NCBI GenBank assembly: GCA_000004695.1 | Contig: CM000150.2 | Location: forward strand, 224,001-288,000 | Direction: 5' to 3' | From: Dictyostelium discoideum | Taxonomy: Eukaryota | DNA length: 64,000 nt | In this document: one piece after another, positions 23,230 through 35,065 of the stretch | Layout: every line of letters begins with the position of its first letter | Position numbering within the stretch: the stretch's first letter is position 1 | The notes under the pieces: model-generated | Databases searched by the model: none | Seen by the model: only the letters and a program-made list of their open reading frames with translations | What the model was told of the DNA's origin: nothing | Made by a program: the position numbers and the translations under genes

Positions 23230-23642
23230 TTCTTAATTTTCTTGTAACCAACAACAATCATATGATTAAAAATGTAATATATTCTTTCTTTAAAATTTTG
23301 TGTAACTATTTAAAAAAAGAGAAAAAAAGAAAAAGTTTATAAATATCAAAAAATTAAAAAACGTCACATACAATAAATTTTTAAAAAAAGATATTTCGCA
23401 AATAAACGAGTTTTCAATAGTGGAAAAAAAAAAATTAAAAAAAAAATAAAAAAAATAAAATTTTAAAAAAAATTAAAAATAAAAAAAATTAATAAAAATT
23501 AAAATATATTGATCAAAAATTAATTAAAATTATTTTTTTTTTACAATTGAATCTTCTTTATTATAATTTTAAAATATTAAAACAAAAAGAATTAAATAAT
23601 AAAAAAAAAAAAAAAATAAAAAAAAGAATTTATTTATTAAAA

Positions 23643-23682
<40 letters not shown>

Positions 23683-23919
23683 GGAATTTTTAAACAAAAA
23701 ATAAACTAAAATTAAAGATATATATATTTGAATCTTTATTTGTAACAATTCTATTAAAAAAAAAAAAAAAAAAAAAAAACTTTTATTTACATTTATTATA
23801 AAATCAAATAGAATTAAAATATTAATAATAAAAATAAATATATAAAACTATTTTAAAATGTAATAACACTTTATAGAAATGATATTGTTTAGAATAATAA
23901 AAATTTTCAAAAAACAATA

Positions 23920-24470
23920 GCAATTTCATTAAATTGGGAAGAAGAAATTAAAAAAAATAAAATTAATAATCAATTACCATTTTATGAATATGTACTAGTA
24001 GAATCAAGTCATCGAATGTATTTAATTTATAAGAGTGGTACAATTGGTAATTCTCTAAGCCAATTGTAAGAAGTAATGGTATTAATTTATTTGAGCTTAA
24101 ACAAATCCAGTCCAAAGGTTAATAATGATGAAAATGTTGTTTTATTTTCAGAAACACTAGTGTCGGATGCGTATCATTCCATATGTTCCTTTATGTATCA
24201 TTATCAAGGAAGTCATTTGTAATGTTTGAAGTGGTTACCATTAAAAATTACAAAATAATGTTGAAGATGATATTTGGGAAACCATTGAAAAACATAATGT
24301 AAATATTTATTTAGAATTACCAATTGTGTAGAGATATCATAAGAAAATCCAAATGCAGAGAGAATACATCCAAAATATGATATATCACTTTTAAAGCAAG
24401 TTTGGAATGGTACTCAAGTTATTGAAAATTCAATCCAACATGATATATTATTTAAATAATAATAATTTTA
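23920..24470 (+). pseudogene. Degenerate partial copy (pseudogene fragment) of the downstream acyl-CoA synthetase gene, homologous to its 25640-26200 segment
   Basis: Clear nucleotide and peptide similarity over about 550 bp to the downstream gene. Examples (pseudogene versus gene): CCATTTTATGAATATGTACTAGTAGAATCAAGTCAT versus CCATTTTACGAATATGTACCTGTAGAATCAAGTCAT; TTGTAATGTTTGAAG versus TTGTAATGTTTGAAGG; ACCATTGAAAAACATAA versus ACTATTGAAAAACATAA. The fragment carries multiple in-frame stops and frameshifts. Confidence 0.7.
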
Positions 24471-24758
24471 AATTACCAGATAATATTGAAAATCTTCAAT
24501 TATTTTATAACATTAAAGATTTATTTATTAAAAACTCATTTAAAAATATTTAATCTATAATAAAAAAAAGAATAAAGATATTTATTATGGAAATTCAAAA
24601 TTAAATAAAAACATAATTTTATAACCCCTAACCATAATTAATTTAAAAAAACATTTTTTATAGGAGGATGTCAAATTTTTATTAATAATGAAAATAATAT
24701 ATATTTAAATTATATATATATATTTTATTTATTATATCTCCTGACATAAAAAGACATG

Positions 24759-24791
<33 letters not shown>

Positions 24792-24893
24792 AATATATAT
24801 TTTTTTTTTATTTATTAATTTTAAAATTTTTTTTTATTAAAATAACTTGAATATACAATAAAAAAACAACTGAAAAAAAAAATTAACAATAAA

Positions 24894-26686
24894 ATGTTTA
24901 AATTAAGTGATCCTTTTGATTATGAAAATGATTATAGTTACTCTCAAATAAATCCAATTTCATTTTGGGATGAAGTTGCAAAAAAATTTGTTCACTGGTA
25001 TGTAATTCAGAAAAATAAAAAAAAAAATAAAAAAACAAAAAAAAAAAACAAATATTAACATATAATAATACAAAATAAAAAAAAAAAAAAAGGGATAAAA
25101 TATATGATAAAGTTTATAGTGGTGATGAAATATATCCAGATTGGTTCCAAGGTGGTGAATTAAATACATGTTATAATGTTTTAGATAAACAAGTTAAAAA
25201 TCCATTAAAAAGGGATAAAGATGCATTAATTTATGAATGTCTATATTTAAAGAAAACTGTAAAATTAACATACTATCAATTATATGAAAAAGTATGTGAA
25301 TTTTCAAGAGTACTTTTAAATATAAATATTTCCAAAAATGATAACGTTTTAATTTATATGGCAAATACTCTAGAACCATTAATTGCAATGTTATCATGTG
25401 CTCGTATTGGCGCAACTTTTACAGTTTTATTCGAAGGTTATCCAGTTAAAAGTTTAATCGATAGAATTGAAACAATAACCCCAACATTAATAATTACATC
25501 AAATTATGGTATATTAAATGATGAATTAATAACATTTACACCAAATTTAAAAGAAGCAATTCAACAATCAGCTTTTAAACCAAATCATATTATCACTCAT
25601 TTTAGAAATGATTATGAAGACATTGAATTTAAAAATATTATAGGAACTATGACAATCATACCAAATACATTAGATTGGGATAAAGAAATTCAAAAAATAA
25701 AATATAATAATCAATCACCATTTTACGAATATGTACCTGTAGAATCAAGTCATCCATTAAGTATTCATTTTACAAGTGGTACAACTGGTAATGCTAAAGC
25801 GGTTGTAAGAGGTAATGGTAGTAATTTAGTTGGATTAGTTTATAATTGGTATAGCAGTATGTCTTCTAAAAAATATGATGATTCAGTTTACTTTTCACAT
25901 TCAAGTATTGGTTGGATTACATTTCATATGGGTTTAATTGGATCATTAGCACTTGGAAATACATTTGTAATGTTTGAAGGTGGTATTACAAAACCAATTC
26001 ATTATGAACATTATTTATGGGCAACTATTGAAAAACATAAAATCAACACATTTTTAACATTGGCAAAAACAATAAGATACCTTATAAAGAATGATCCGGG
26101 AGCTACTAATATAAATTCAAAATATGATTCATCAAGTTTACTTTCAATTTGGATAGCAGGTGAAGTTATTGAACAATCAATTCCTGAATATATTGAAAGT
26201 AAATTAAAATGTTGTTCCGGAAATGTATATGGACAAACTGAAGGTGGTTGTATATCATTATTTAATTGTAAAAGAATATATAATAAACAGTATAATACAC
26301 TAATTAATCCAACTCCATTTTTAAAACCATCAATATTTTCAGAGGATGGTATTGAATTACCGGATAATCAAGTCGGTGAAATTGTATTCAAGTTACCAAT
26401 GCCACCAAGTTTTGCCACAACATTTTATAAAAATGAATTACTTTATAAAAAGATTTTCAATAAATTTCCAGGTTATTATAATAGTGGTGTTATAACATTT
26501 AAAAAAGAAATTGACTATTATGGTATTGTTTCAAGGGCAGATGATCAAATTAAAATTGGTGGCTTTAAAGTTGATTTAAATCAAATTGAAACATCAATTT
26601 TAAAACATCCATTAGTTTTAGAATGTTGTTCAATTGCTATATATCATCAAGATTTAAAAAATGTTCCAATTGGATTATTAGTTTTA

Positions 26687-26782
<96 letters not shown>

Positions 26783-27043
26783 CCAGATAATTCATCATCA
26801 TCATTATCATTATCATTAATTGATTTAAAAAATCAAATCAATAAAATTATTAAAAATGATATGGATTTTTATTCAGAATTAACAAAAATTATAATTGTTC
26901 CTCAACTACCAAAGACAAAAAGTGGTAAAATTCCAAGATCGATAGTTTCAAAGTTTTTAAATGAACCAAATTATCAATTACATGAATCATGTGATCATGA
27001 AGTTTTTTACTTAATAAAAGAGTTATATGTAGAAAATAATTAG
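24894..27043 (+). CDS. Short-chain acyl-CoA synthetase (acetyl/propionyl-CoA synthetase, ACSS-like, AMP-binding superfamily) with internal poly-Gln tract; join(24894..24997,25093..27043)
   Basis: Exon 1 ends ...ISFWDEVAKKFVHW. Exon 2 continues DKIYDKVYSGDEIYPDWFQGGELNTCYNVLDKQV, the ACSS N-domain pattern W..PY.KV...WF.GG.LN.CYN.LD. The AMP-binding core is IHFTSGTTGNAKAVV, with linker/A8 GEIVFKLPMPP and the ATP-binding Lys in LPKTKSGKIPRS. The intron is GTATGT..AAAG in phase 2. A (CAA)32 tract encodes Q32 at 26689-26783. Confidence 0.75.
26689..26783 (+). repeat. Pure (CAA)n trinucleotide repeat (~32 units) encoding poly-Gln inside the acyl-CoA synthetase CDS
   Basis: An uninterrupted CAACAACAA... 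run is visible in the sequence. It stays in frame within the CDS. Confidence 0.9.
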
Positions 27044-27536
27044 TATTGTTTTTTTTTTTTTAACATTTAATAATCCAAAAATTATAATAAAATTATTAAA
27101 ACTTATTTTATAAACAAAATGTTCAATTATTTATATTTTCAAATTTAAGTTAATCTTTTTTTTAAAAAATGGATAGTTTTTATATGTTTTAAAATTGTTT
27201 TTTTTTTTTTTTTTTTTTATATTCACCCACCCCAAAACTAGATATTAAAATTAATTTTTTACTCTCAAATTTATTATTAAAATACATAAAAATAAAAAAG
27301 AGTGAAAATTTTGAATGGAAATAAATTAAATGTAAAAATATATTTTTACCTTTAAATCTTTCTTTATTACAATTTTAAAATAATAAAACAAGAGGAATTA
27401 AGATCAAAATAATAATATTAAAAAAAAAGAAATGGAATAAAATAAAATAAAATAAAATAAAATAAAATAAAATAAAATAAAATCATTTTTTTTTTTTTTT
27501 TTTTTTTTTTTTATATGATATTTTTTATTGTGTTCA

Positions 27537-27652
27537 CTAAACAACACTAAGAAGAGCTAATAAAACAAAAGAAAGAACAGCAATTGAAAACTTTAAGAAA
27601 GTTGTTGAAGAAGGACTTGTCGAAGAGGGTATATTTGGTTGCTGTTGAATTG

Positions 27653-27683
<31 letters not shown>

Positions 27684-27726
27684 TTGTTGTTGCTGTTGTT
27701 GTTGTAGAATTGGTTGTTGTTGTTGC

Positions 27727-27757
<31 letters not shown>

Positions 27758-28874
27758 GCTTTAAATTATTATTATTAAATTGATAATTATTTGATAATAA
27801 ATGTTGTTTTTCAGAGAATTGAGAAGCATGAATTGAAGGTAAAGGATAAATTATAGAGAAAATTTGAAGAGGATATTTTGGATTATCGATTGAGCCAATT
27901 AAAAGAAAACTAATAGTACATGGACTATCATAGATTGGATGTAAATTTTCAGGCAAGGTTAATTGTTTTTTTTCGTTATCAGTCTCGTGAATGAAAACTT
28001 GATATGGATTTGATTTTGGTATTGAGATAAAGTTTGTAGAGGCACCAAAACTTTTACTCCTCATATGATTACGATCACCAATGTACTCTACATTTGAAAA
28101 CAGTGTGGCGGCATTCACCAAACTAAAATCAACACCAACTCTAACATCTGCTGAACAATGAATAAATCTAAGTGTAGTTCTCTTTTTTAATGATGGAAAA
28201 TTAAAATTATCTGATAAAATTGTTATTGAATAATTTGATCCATCATCATCAATATCTTCATCACTATTATTATTATTGCTATTATTTTTATTATCTTCTT
28301 CCTGTTTTTGCTCTTCTTGTTTTTTAAAAATACCAGTAGTAATTAAAGTATAGTCTGTATCATTTTCAATTTGAAAACGTTTAAATTCTAAATGTTTTTT
28401 TGATTTTGAATCATACAAATCAATTTGTATTAAACCAATAGGTATTGTTATATATTCTGAAACTGATAGATAGGCTAAGTTTTTAAATGAAACACTATTA
28501 TTAAAAACTATATCAACACCATCACTTTCAATCACTGTATTAATTATTTTAATCTTTGAATATAATTTAATTTGTTCTTGTTGTTGTTCTTGTTGTTCTA
28601 CCAGTTTATCGTTATTTAAATTTAAGTTTAAAATATTATAAAAATTATTATTATTATTATTTCCGTTATTATTATTATTATTATTATTATAGTACGCGTT
28701 TACTTTTATATGTGATGATAATATTACTATTGCCAATATTATCATTAAAAAACTATATATATTCTTTTTATTTGGTATTATTATATTTATTATTGTATCC
28801 TCCGTTTTCCTTTTAAAATTAGTAACCCTATACTCTTCATTGTTAGAAATGTTTTTAATGAAAGATAATTTCAT
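27537..28874 (-). CDS. Secreted/GPI-anchored cell-surface protein, DUF4397-like domain, poly-Gln tail; single exon
   Basis: The ATG is at 28874. There is an N-terminal hydrophobic signal/anchor (YSFLMIILAIVILSSHIKVNA). The central region LRFIHCSADVRVGVDF...SIPKSNPYQVFIHETDN resembles the bacterial/eukaryotic DUF4397 repeat (RFVHASPDAP.VDV). The C-terminus is Ser-rich followed by hydrophobic FLKFSIAVLSFVLLALLSVV, typical of a GPI-attachment signal. Confidence 0.5.
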
Positions 28875-29184
28875 TTGTCGTTTAACAATTGGGTTATTGT
28901 TATTTATTTATTATTTATTATTATTATTTACTATTATGATTATTATTGTTGATTATTATAATTATTATTATTACTATTATTATAATTATTATTATTTATC
29001 GTTCATTCAACCTATTTAACCGACCAAATGGAAATTTCCTTTTTTTTTTTTCCTTTTTTTTTTTTTTTTTTTTTTCTTTTTTTTTTTTTTTGAAAAATTA
29101 AAAATAAATTAATTAAATTGTAATAAAAATAAAAAAGAAAAAATAAAAAAATAAAAAAAATAAAAAAAATAAAAAATAAATTTA

Positions 29185-29218
<34 letters not shown>

Positions 29219-29566
29219 TAATTATTTGTTTGAGGAAAAAAAGACAAAAAATTTTTACCTACGATATAAAATAAAAATAGTAAATAAATAGTACTAATTC
29301 ACATGTGGGTTATGAAAATAAAAACAAAAAAAAATGTTTAATAATAATAATAATAATAATAATATAAAAATGTAAATTATTAAAAATAAAAGAAAAAAAA
29401 AAAGAAATCAAAATAATATATATTATTTATTATTTATTTTTATTATTGTTATGATTATTATTATTTTTATTATTACTATTATTTTTATTATGATGATTTA
29501 TTATTTTTAATATTTCTTAATAATCTAATAAATGCATATAAATCTTTATCTAATCTTTTTTGTGGA

Positions 29567-29598
<32 letters not shown>

Positions 29599-30496
29599 AA
29601 ATCAAAAATAGAAAAAAAAACAAAAAAACAAAAAAACAAAAAACAAAAAAAAAAATGAATAAATGCAAATAAATTGTTGGTTGATGAAATAAAATAATAA
29701 AAAAATAAAAATAAAAATATAAATAAAATAAAATAAATTAATAAAAGGACAAACTTCTCTTAATTTAAGGTGCTTTTTTAATAGAAATAAATTTTAAACA
29801 ATTTTTTTTTAAAAAAAAAAAACCAAAATAATTAAATAAAAAAAGAAAAAAGAAAAAAGAAAAAAAAATAAATAGAAATAAATTATTACTTTTTTTTTAT
29901 TTGTTTAAATTTTTATTTGTTTTTTTTTTTTATAAATATATTTTTTTTTTTTTCTTTTTTTTTATTTTTTTTTTTATATTTAAACAAAAATATGTCGATA
30001 GCCACATAGACAACTAACCAACTATGTGTTTATGTTAAAACCGACAAAAAAATAAAAAAAAAAAAAAATGAAAAAAAAAAAAAAAAAAAGTGAAAAAATA
30101 AGTTATATCGTTGATTTGCCTACTTTTGCAAGAAAACCATTTAACCTAATATAACCATCAAAACATTTTTTATTTTTTTATTTTTATTTTTATTTTTTTA
30201 TTTTTATTTTTTATTTTTTTTTCTTGGCTGAACAGGAAGTTTTTTTTTTTTTTTTTTTTTTTTTTCCTGATTCTAAACAAAAAATTTAATTTATTTCCAA
30301 AGCTTAAAAAAAGAAATAAAAAAAAACCTAAAATTGCCAAATCAAGAAGTTATTATTATTATTATCATCATCATTATTTTCTTTAAATACTATTACTTTT
30401 TTTATTTTTTTTATTTTTTTTAATTTTTTTTTTTTGTTTGTTTAATTTTTTATTTTTTAATTTTCTTTTTTTTTTTTTATTTTTTTTTGTGTCGCT

Positions 30497-31225
30497 TTAT
30501 TGTTTGTCAGATTCTTGTTTACTATCAAATACCTTCCATTTTCCATATCTACCTAATTGTGTGAGTTGAGCAACTTCATTAGCTACATGGCAACCTAAAA
30601 GCCAATAATTTGGTGGGTAAATGGCAATAGCCCATCTCATAAATACAGCACTATATACAGCAAGGGCTATTTATTTTATTTTTTTTTATTTTTTTATTAT
30701 TTTTTTTTTTTTGTAAAAATTACATTAATCAATCAAATCTATTTAATTATTATATTGTTATATTATTTATTATATTATTATATTACTATATTACTATATT
30801 ATTATATTGCTATATTACTATATTACTATTTATTATTTATTATTTATTATTTATTATTAATTATTGATTATTATTGATTATTTGGTATCGGAGTTAATAA
30901 TTTTACGTACTAGTTGTCATTATAGGATCCACTTTTTCTGGATCATTTTTTAAATTCATAAAAGACTAAAATGGAAAATAAAATAAAAAGTGTAAGTATT
31001 GTGAATCATTGAAATCAAGTATAAAGAAGAAGATCAAAATAAAATGATGATTGGCGGGGAGAGGGAGGGGGTTTAAAAATACTTACAGCAATAGGGATTG
31101 TCCAATTTGCAGCTGCACCCAAAAAGCCTACCATTTTAGTCCATCTTTCTATAAATTGTTTGATGTTAATAACAACAGTAATATATTAATATGGGGTTTG
31201 GTCCTAAAGAAATCTTACCTGCCAT
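30497..31225 (-). CDS. mpc1: Mitochondrial pyruvate carrier subunit, MPC1-like; 4 exons complement(join(30497..30666,30911..30965,31087..31148,31219..31225)), 97 aa
   Basis: The spliced product is [97 protein letters not shown]. It aligns with human MPC1 ([72 protein letters not shown]). Exon 1 is the 7-nt ATGGCAG followed by GTAAGA. The other introns begin GTAAGT/GTACGT and end TAG. The gene is missed by the ORF track because every exon is under 60 aa. Confidence 0.7.
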
Positions 31226-31306
31226 CTCTGTTGTATGTAAAATTATGAGAATTGAAAAATAAAAAAAATAAAAAAAAAATAAAAAAAAATAAAAAATAAA
31301 AATTAG

Positions 31307-31343
<37 letters not shown>

Positions 31344-31653
31344 GTAAAAACAAAACTTAAAAAAAAAAATAACAATTACTAATTAAATTAGGAAATTGTT
31401 TGGTTGGTGTATGGATTTTAAACTTAATTATTTGCAGATTTATAAATTAATTAATATTAATTCCATTTAATATTGTTTTTTTTTTTTATTTTTGTTTTTT
31501 TAAAAAAAAAAAATTAAATTTAATTTTTTATTTTTTTTTTTGTAATGTCATCAATTTTTTATTTTTTATTTTTTATTTTTTATTTTTTATTTTTTCTTTT
31601 TTATTTTTTATTTTTTTTTTCTTTCTCCGATAGACATTAAAATTTTAAAAACA
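31226..31653. promoter_or_regulatory. Shared divergent (bidirectional) promoter region between the MPC1-like (- strand) and MPC2-like (+ strand) genes
   Basis: There are 428 bp of A/T-rich sequence between the two start codons (31225 and 31654). The genes are head-to-head. Confidence 0.4.
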
Positions 31654-32271
31654 ATGAATGCACTTAGAGGATTATTAAATAAATATACAGGTAATCAAAT
31701 TGTTTTTAGTAATAAATATGCAACCACTTTTTTTGAAAAATTCCCAAAATTAGCATTTTTAAACAATGGTAAATATTCATACATACACCTATATATAAAT
31801 AAATAAAGTGGGATTTATAAAATTCCAATTCAATAATATATTTATTAATATATTATTTTTAATTTCATATATAGTCACAAATTTAGCACCAGTAAGATAT
31901 ATTAGAATAGAAATTAGAAACACTTTTTTATTTACATAATTTATTTAGCGAGAGAAGAAAGAGGATTATTAATATTTTCTTTTTTATTATTATTATAATA
32001 GATGATGAAATGGTCACTTTCAATTGTACCAATTACACAAATTTTATCAGGAACTAAATTACCAGAAAATATAGATGTTTATCAAGCATCATCATTATGT
32101 GCTACTGGTTCAATTTGGACTTATTATGCCACATTAATTTCCCCACAAAATACAGGTACAAGAATGTTAGCAGCTTGTAATGCAGCAATGGCTGCGTGTC
32201 ATGGTTATAATATTTATCGTAGAACGAAATGGGAAAAAAGTCAAATTATACCAATCGAAAATAAAAATTAA
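31654..32271 (+). CDS. mpc2: Mitochondrial pyruvate carrier subunit, MPC2-like; join(31654..31768,31875..31891,32002..32271), ~133 aa
   Basis: Exon 3 (ORF 32002..32271) reads MMKWSLSIVPITQILSGTKLPENIDVYQASSLCATGSIWTYYATLISPQNTGTRMLAACNAAMAACHGYNIYRR. It aligns with human MPC2 (IMKWGLVCAGLADMARPAEKLSTAQSAVLMATGFIWSRYSLVIIPKNWSLFAVNFFVGAAGASQLFRIWRY). Exon 1 is MNALRGLLNKYTGNQIVFSNKYATTFFEKFPKLAFLNN with donor GTAAAT. A 17-nt micro-exon (TCACAAATTTAGCACCA, flanked by ATAG and GTAAGA) restores the frame, giving ...N-VTNLAP-MMKW..., which matches the FFWAPIMKW region. The micro-exon is the least certain element. Confidence 0.6.
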
Positions 32272-32534
32272 TTAAATGTAAAAAAAAATAAAAATAAAAA
32301 ATAAAATTAAATAACAATAAATAGCGAAAAGTTGTAATTTAAACAATATTATTCTCCTCAAAATAAAATAAAATAATATATTTATTCTCAAAATAATCCA
32401 ACATATATTGATTAGAATAGTGGATATTCATTTTTCATAATTCTATCACTTTTAAGTGTGTTAAGACAGTGTATATATATTTACAATTGAAAGAGAAAGA
32501 GAGAGAGAGAAGTTTATTTTAATTTAATTTTTAT

Positions 32535-33366
32535 TTATAATCTTCTTTTCTCTTTTTTAACAGTTTTTTTCTTTTCTTCATCTCTTTTTTGTTTTTCTAA
32601 AGCTTCTTTATCACGCTGAACTTTTTTTTGATGTTCAATCTTTGATTTCTCTCTTTTTGCTTTCTCTTCATCAGCGATTCTCTTTGCATTTAAATTTTCA
32701 CCTAAACCAGATTCAATCTTATTATCTTCAATCTTTTTCTTTTCAATATGATCAGATAAAATAATATCACCATTTTCATCAACATCTTCTTCATCATACC
32801 CATATTTTGATAATAATGCATCTCTTTTCTTTTGTTCTTCTCTTGACATTTTATGATATGGACTATTTTTTTATTTTAAAATCAAAGCAAAAAAAAAAAA
32901 ATATGATAAGATATATATATTAGTTTTTTTTTATTTTTTTATTTAAAAAATATCTTGTATTTTATTTATATATCTTGTTTTTTATTTTTATTTTTTATTT
33001 TTTTTTGTTTTTTGTTTTTACATACTTTTCATATTTTTCTTCTTCATTAATTTCAGATTGAGTTGTTTCTTTAATTTTTAATTCTTGTTCTAATTTTAAA
33101 TTTGTTAATTTTAATTTATTTTCAGTTTCTTTATCATCGATAATCTCTTTATGTCTAATTAACATTTCATTACAAAATGATGTTGAATCTTTTTCAGTTA
33201 ATGATTCAAGAAATTCACTAATTGATTCTTTTTTTTCATCATCATTAGATGATGAATCTGAAATAATACCAAATATATATTCAACAACCATTGATGAATC
33301 ATCAGTTTCAAATTCCTTTAATGATTTTTCAATATATTCTTTTAATTCTTTTTCTTTTCTACTCAT
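32535..33366 (-). CDS. CCDC43 (coiled-coil domain-containing protein 43) homologue; complement(join(32535..32862,33026..33366)), ~222 aa
   Basis: The two separate ORF-track ORFs are joined by an intron (32863-33025) with donor GTATGT and acceptor ATAG in phase 2. Exon 1 (VEYIFGIISDSSSNDDEKKESISEFLESLTEKDSTSFCNEMLIRHKE) aligns with human CCDC43 ([43 protein letters not shown]). Exon 2 (SREEQKKRDALLSKYGYDEEDVDENGD, Lys/Glu-rich tail) aligns with EEEKQRKAALLAQYADVTDEEDEADE plus the basic C-terminus. The size matches (human 224 aa). Confidence 0.6.
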
Positions 33367-33509
33367 TCTAAATAAATTTATAATTATAATGTATTATTAT
33401 TTATTTTATTATTATTATTTATTATTATTATTATTTCGTAAAAACAAAAATAAAAAAAAAAAAAAGATATTTTTTGGTGTTTTTGTGTAAATTGGGAAAA
33501 AAATTAAAA

Positions 33510-33557
<48 letters not shown>

Positions 33558-33710
33558 AAAAAACATTGAAAAACATTGAAAAACTAAAAATAATTTTAAA
33601 GGATAAAGTAATTGTTGTTTAAACTAAAAAAAAATAAATAATTGTTTATTCTTTATAAAAAAAAAAAAATAAAAAAAAATATAATATATTATTATTATTA
33701 TTAATTATTA

Positions 33711-34721
33711 TTAATCTCTCCAAGTTACATCAACTTGATCAGTTCTAAAACGTTGAGTTGTAGTTGTTTGAGATAATGGAGTTGTAGTACCATTTTTAAA
33801 AATTAAATAACCAGCCCAAGCAATCATAGCTCCATTATCAATACAATAACGTTCATCAATTGCAAATGATTTACCATTACGTTGAGAGATCATTTGTTGA
33901 ATCATCTCTTGTAAACGTTGATTACAACCAACACCACCAACTGCTAAAACTTCATTTTGACCACAATGTGCCAATGCACGTTCAGCAGTTTCAACCAACA
34001 TTGAAAATAGATGTTCTTGTAAACTATAACATAAATCTTCCACACTATGTTGAGTCTTGTTTTGTTTATTCTTTACCATACCTTCAATTGAGGAAAGTAT
34101 ACCACTGAATGATACATCCATACCTTTGGTTATATATGGTAGCTCTATTAAATTCTTACCTTTCTTTGCCAACTGTTCAATGTTGTAACCTGGTGATGGG
34201 TCATTTGGAATTTGAATTACTCTTGCGAATCTATCCAAACAATTGCCTACTGCAATATCAATGGTTTCGCCAAAGATACGATACTTTTTTAACGAGTATG
34301 AGATCACTTGGGTGTTACCACCACTAACATATAGAATTGTTGGATCAACAGCACCTGTAATTAAACGACCCATCTCTATATGAGCTATACAATGATTGAC
34401 TGCAACGATTGGTCTATCCCAAAGTTGTGATAACATTCTAACTGTAACTGCAACTGATCTCAATGGTGGTCCCATACCTGGTCCTTTTGTATATGCTAAA
34501 CAATCGATATCTGATGGTTTCAATTTCGATTCTTCCAATGATTTCTCAACTAATGATAATATAAATGATCTATGATGTTTGGCTGTATCTTTTGGTAAAA
34601 ATCCTTCTCCTGGTGGTGTTATAAATGTATGTCTAATATTTGATAAAATTGTACCATCATCTTTAACAATACCAATACCTAATTTATTGGCACTACCTTC
34701 AAATCCCATAATATATACCAT
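33711..34721 (-). CDS. osgep: tRNA N6-adenosine threonylcarbamoyltransferase Kae1/OSGEP (KEOPS complex catalytic subunit); single exon, 336 aa
   Basis: The ATG is at 34721. [15 protein letters not shown] matches the Kae1 N-terminus (LGIEGSANK.GVG). Metal-binding His motifs are present ([11 protein letters not shown], ...[12 protein letters not shown]). The ASKHA/Kae1-TsaD fold is highly conserved across the full length. Confidence 0.85.
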   Translation of the reverse strand: MVYIMGFEGSANKLGIGIVKDDGTILSNIRHTFITPPGEGFLPKDTAKHHRSFILSLVEKSLEESKLKPSDIDCLAYTKGPGMGPPLRSVAVTVRMLSQLWDRPIVAVNHCIAHIEMGRLITGAVDPTILYVSGGNTQVISYSLKKYRIFGETIDIAVGNCLDRFARVIQIPNDPSPGYNIEQLAKKGKNLIELPYITKGMDVSFSGILSSIEGMVKNKQNKTQHSVEDLCYSLQEHLFSMLVETAERALAHCGQNEVLAVGGVGCNQRLQEMIQQMISQRNGKSFAIDERYCIDNGAMIAWAGYLIFKNGTTTPLSQTTTTQRFRTDQVDVTWRD

Positions 34722-35065
34722 TTTTCAAATTATTTCAATTATTTATTTAATTAATCTTTTAAAAAAAAAATAAAAAAATAAAAAAATAAAAAAACTAAAA
34801 AAAAAAAAAAAGTGAAAATTTTTTCATTTAATCTTTTTGTTTAAAAAAAAAAAAAAATATATTTAAAATAAAAATAAAAATTATTTTTAAAATTTAATAA
34901 ACAATAGAAATAAATGACTTTTTTTTTTTCAATAATGAGAAAAAAAATTTCTTTATTATATTTACAAGATTCTATTAATGATTATCTTTTTGATTTTTTG
35001 ATTTTAATTTTAATTATCTTTTTTTTTTTTTTTTTTTTGATTTTTTTTTTTTTTTTTTTTTTTGT

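Noticed and set aside
31051-31375. ORF-track ORFs 31051..31248 (+) and 31166..31375 (-)
   Set aside because: They overlap the MPC1-like exons and introns in the wrong frame or strand. The 7-nt and 62-nt real exons explain the conserved peptide instead.
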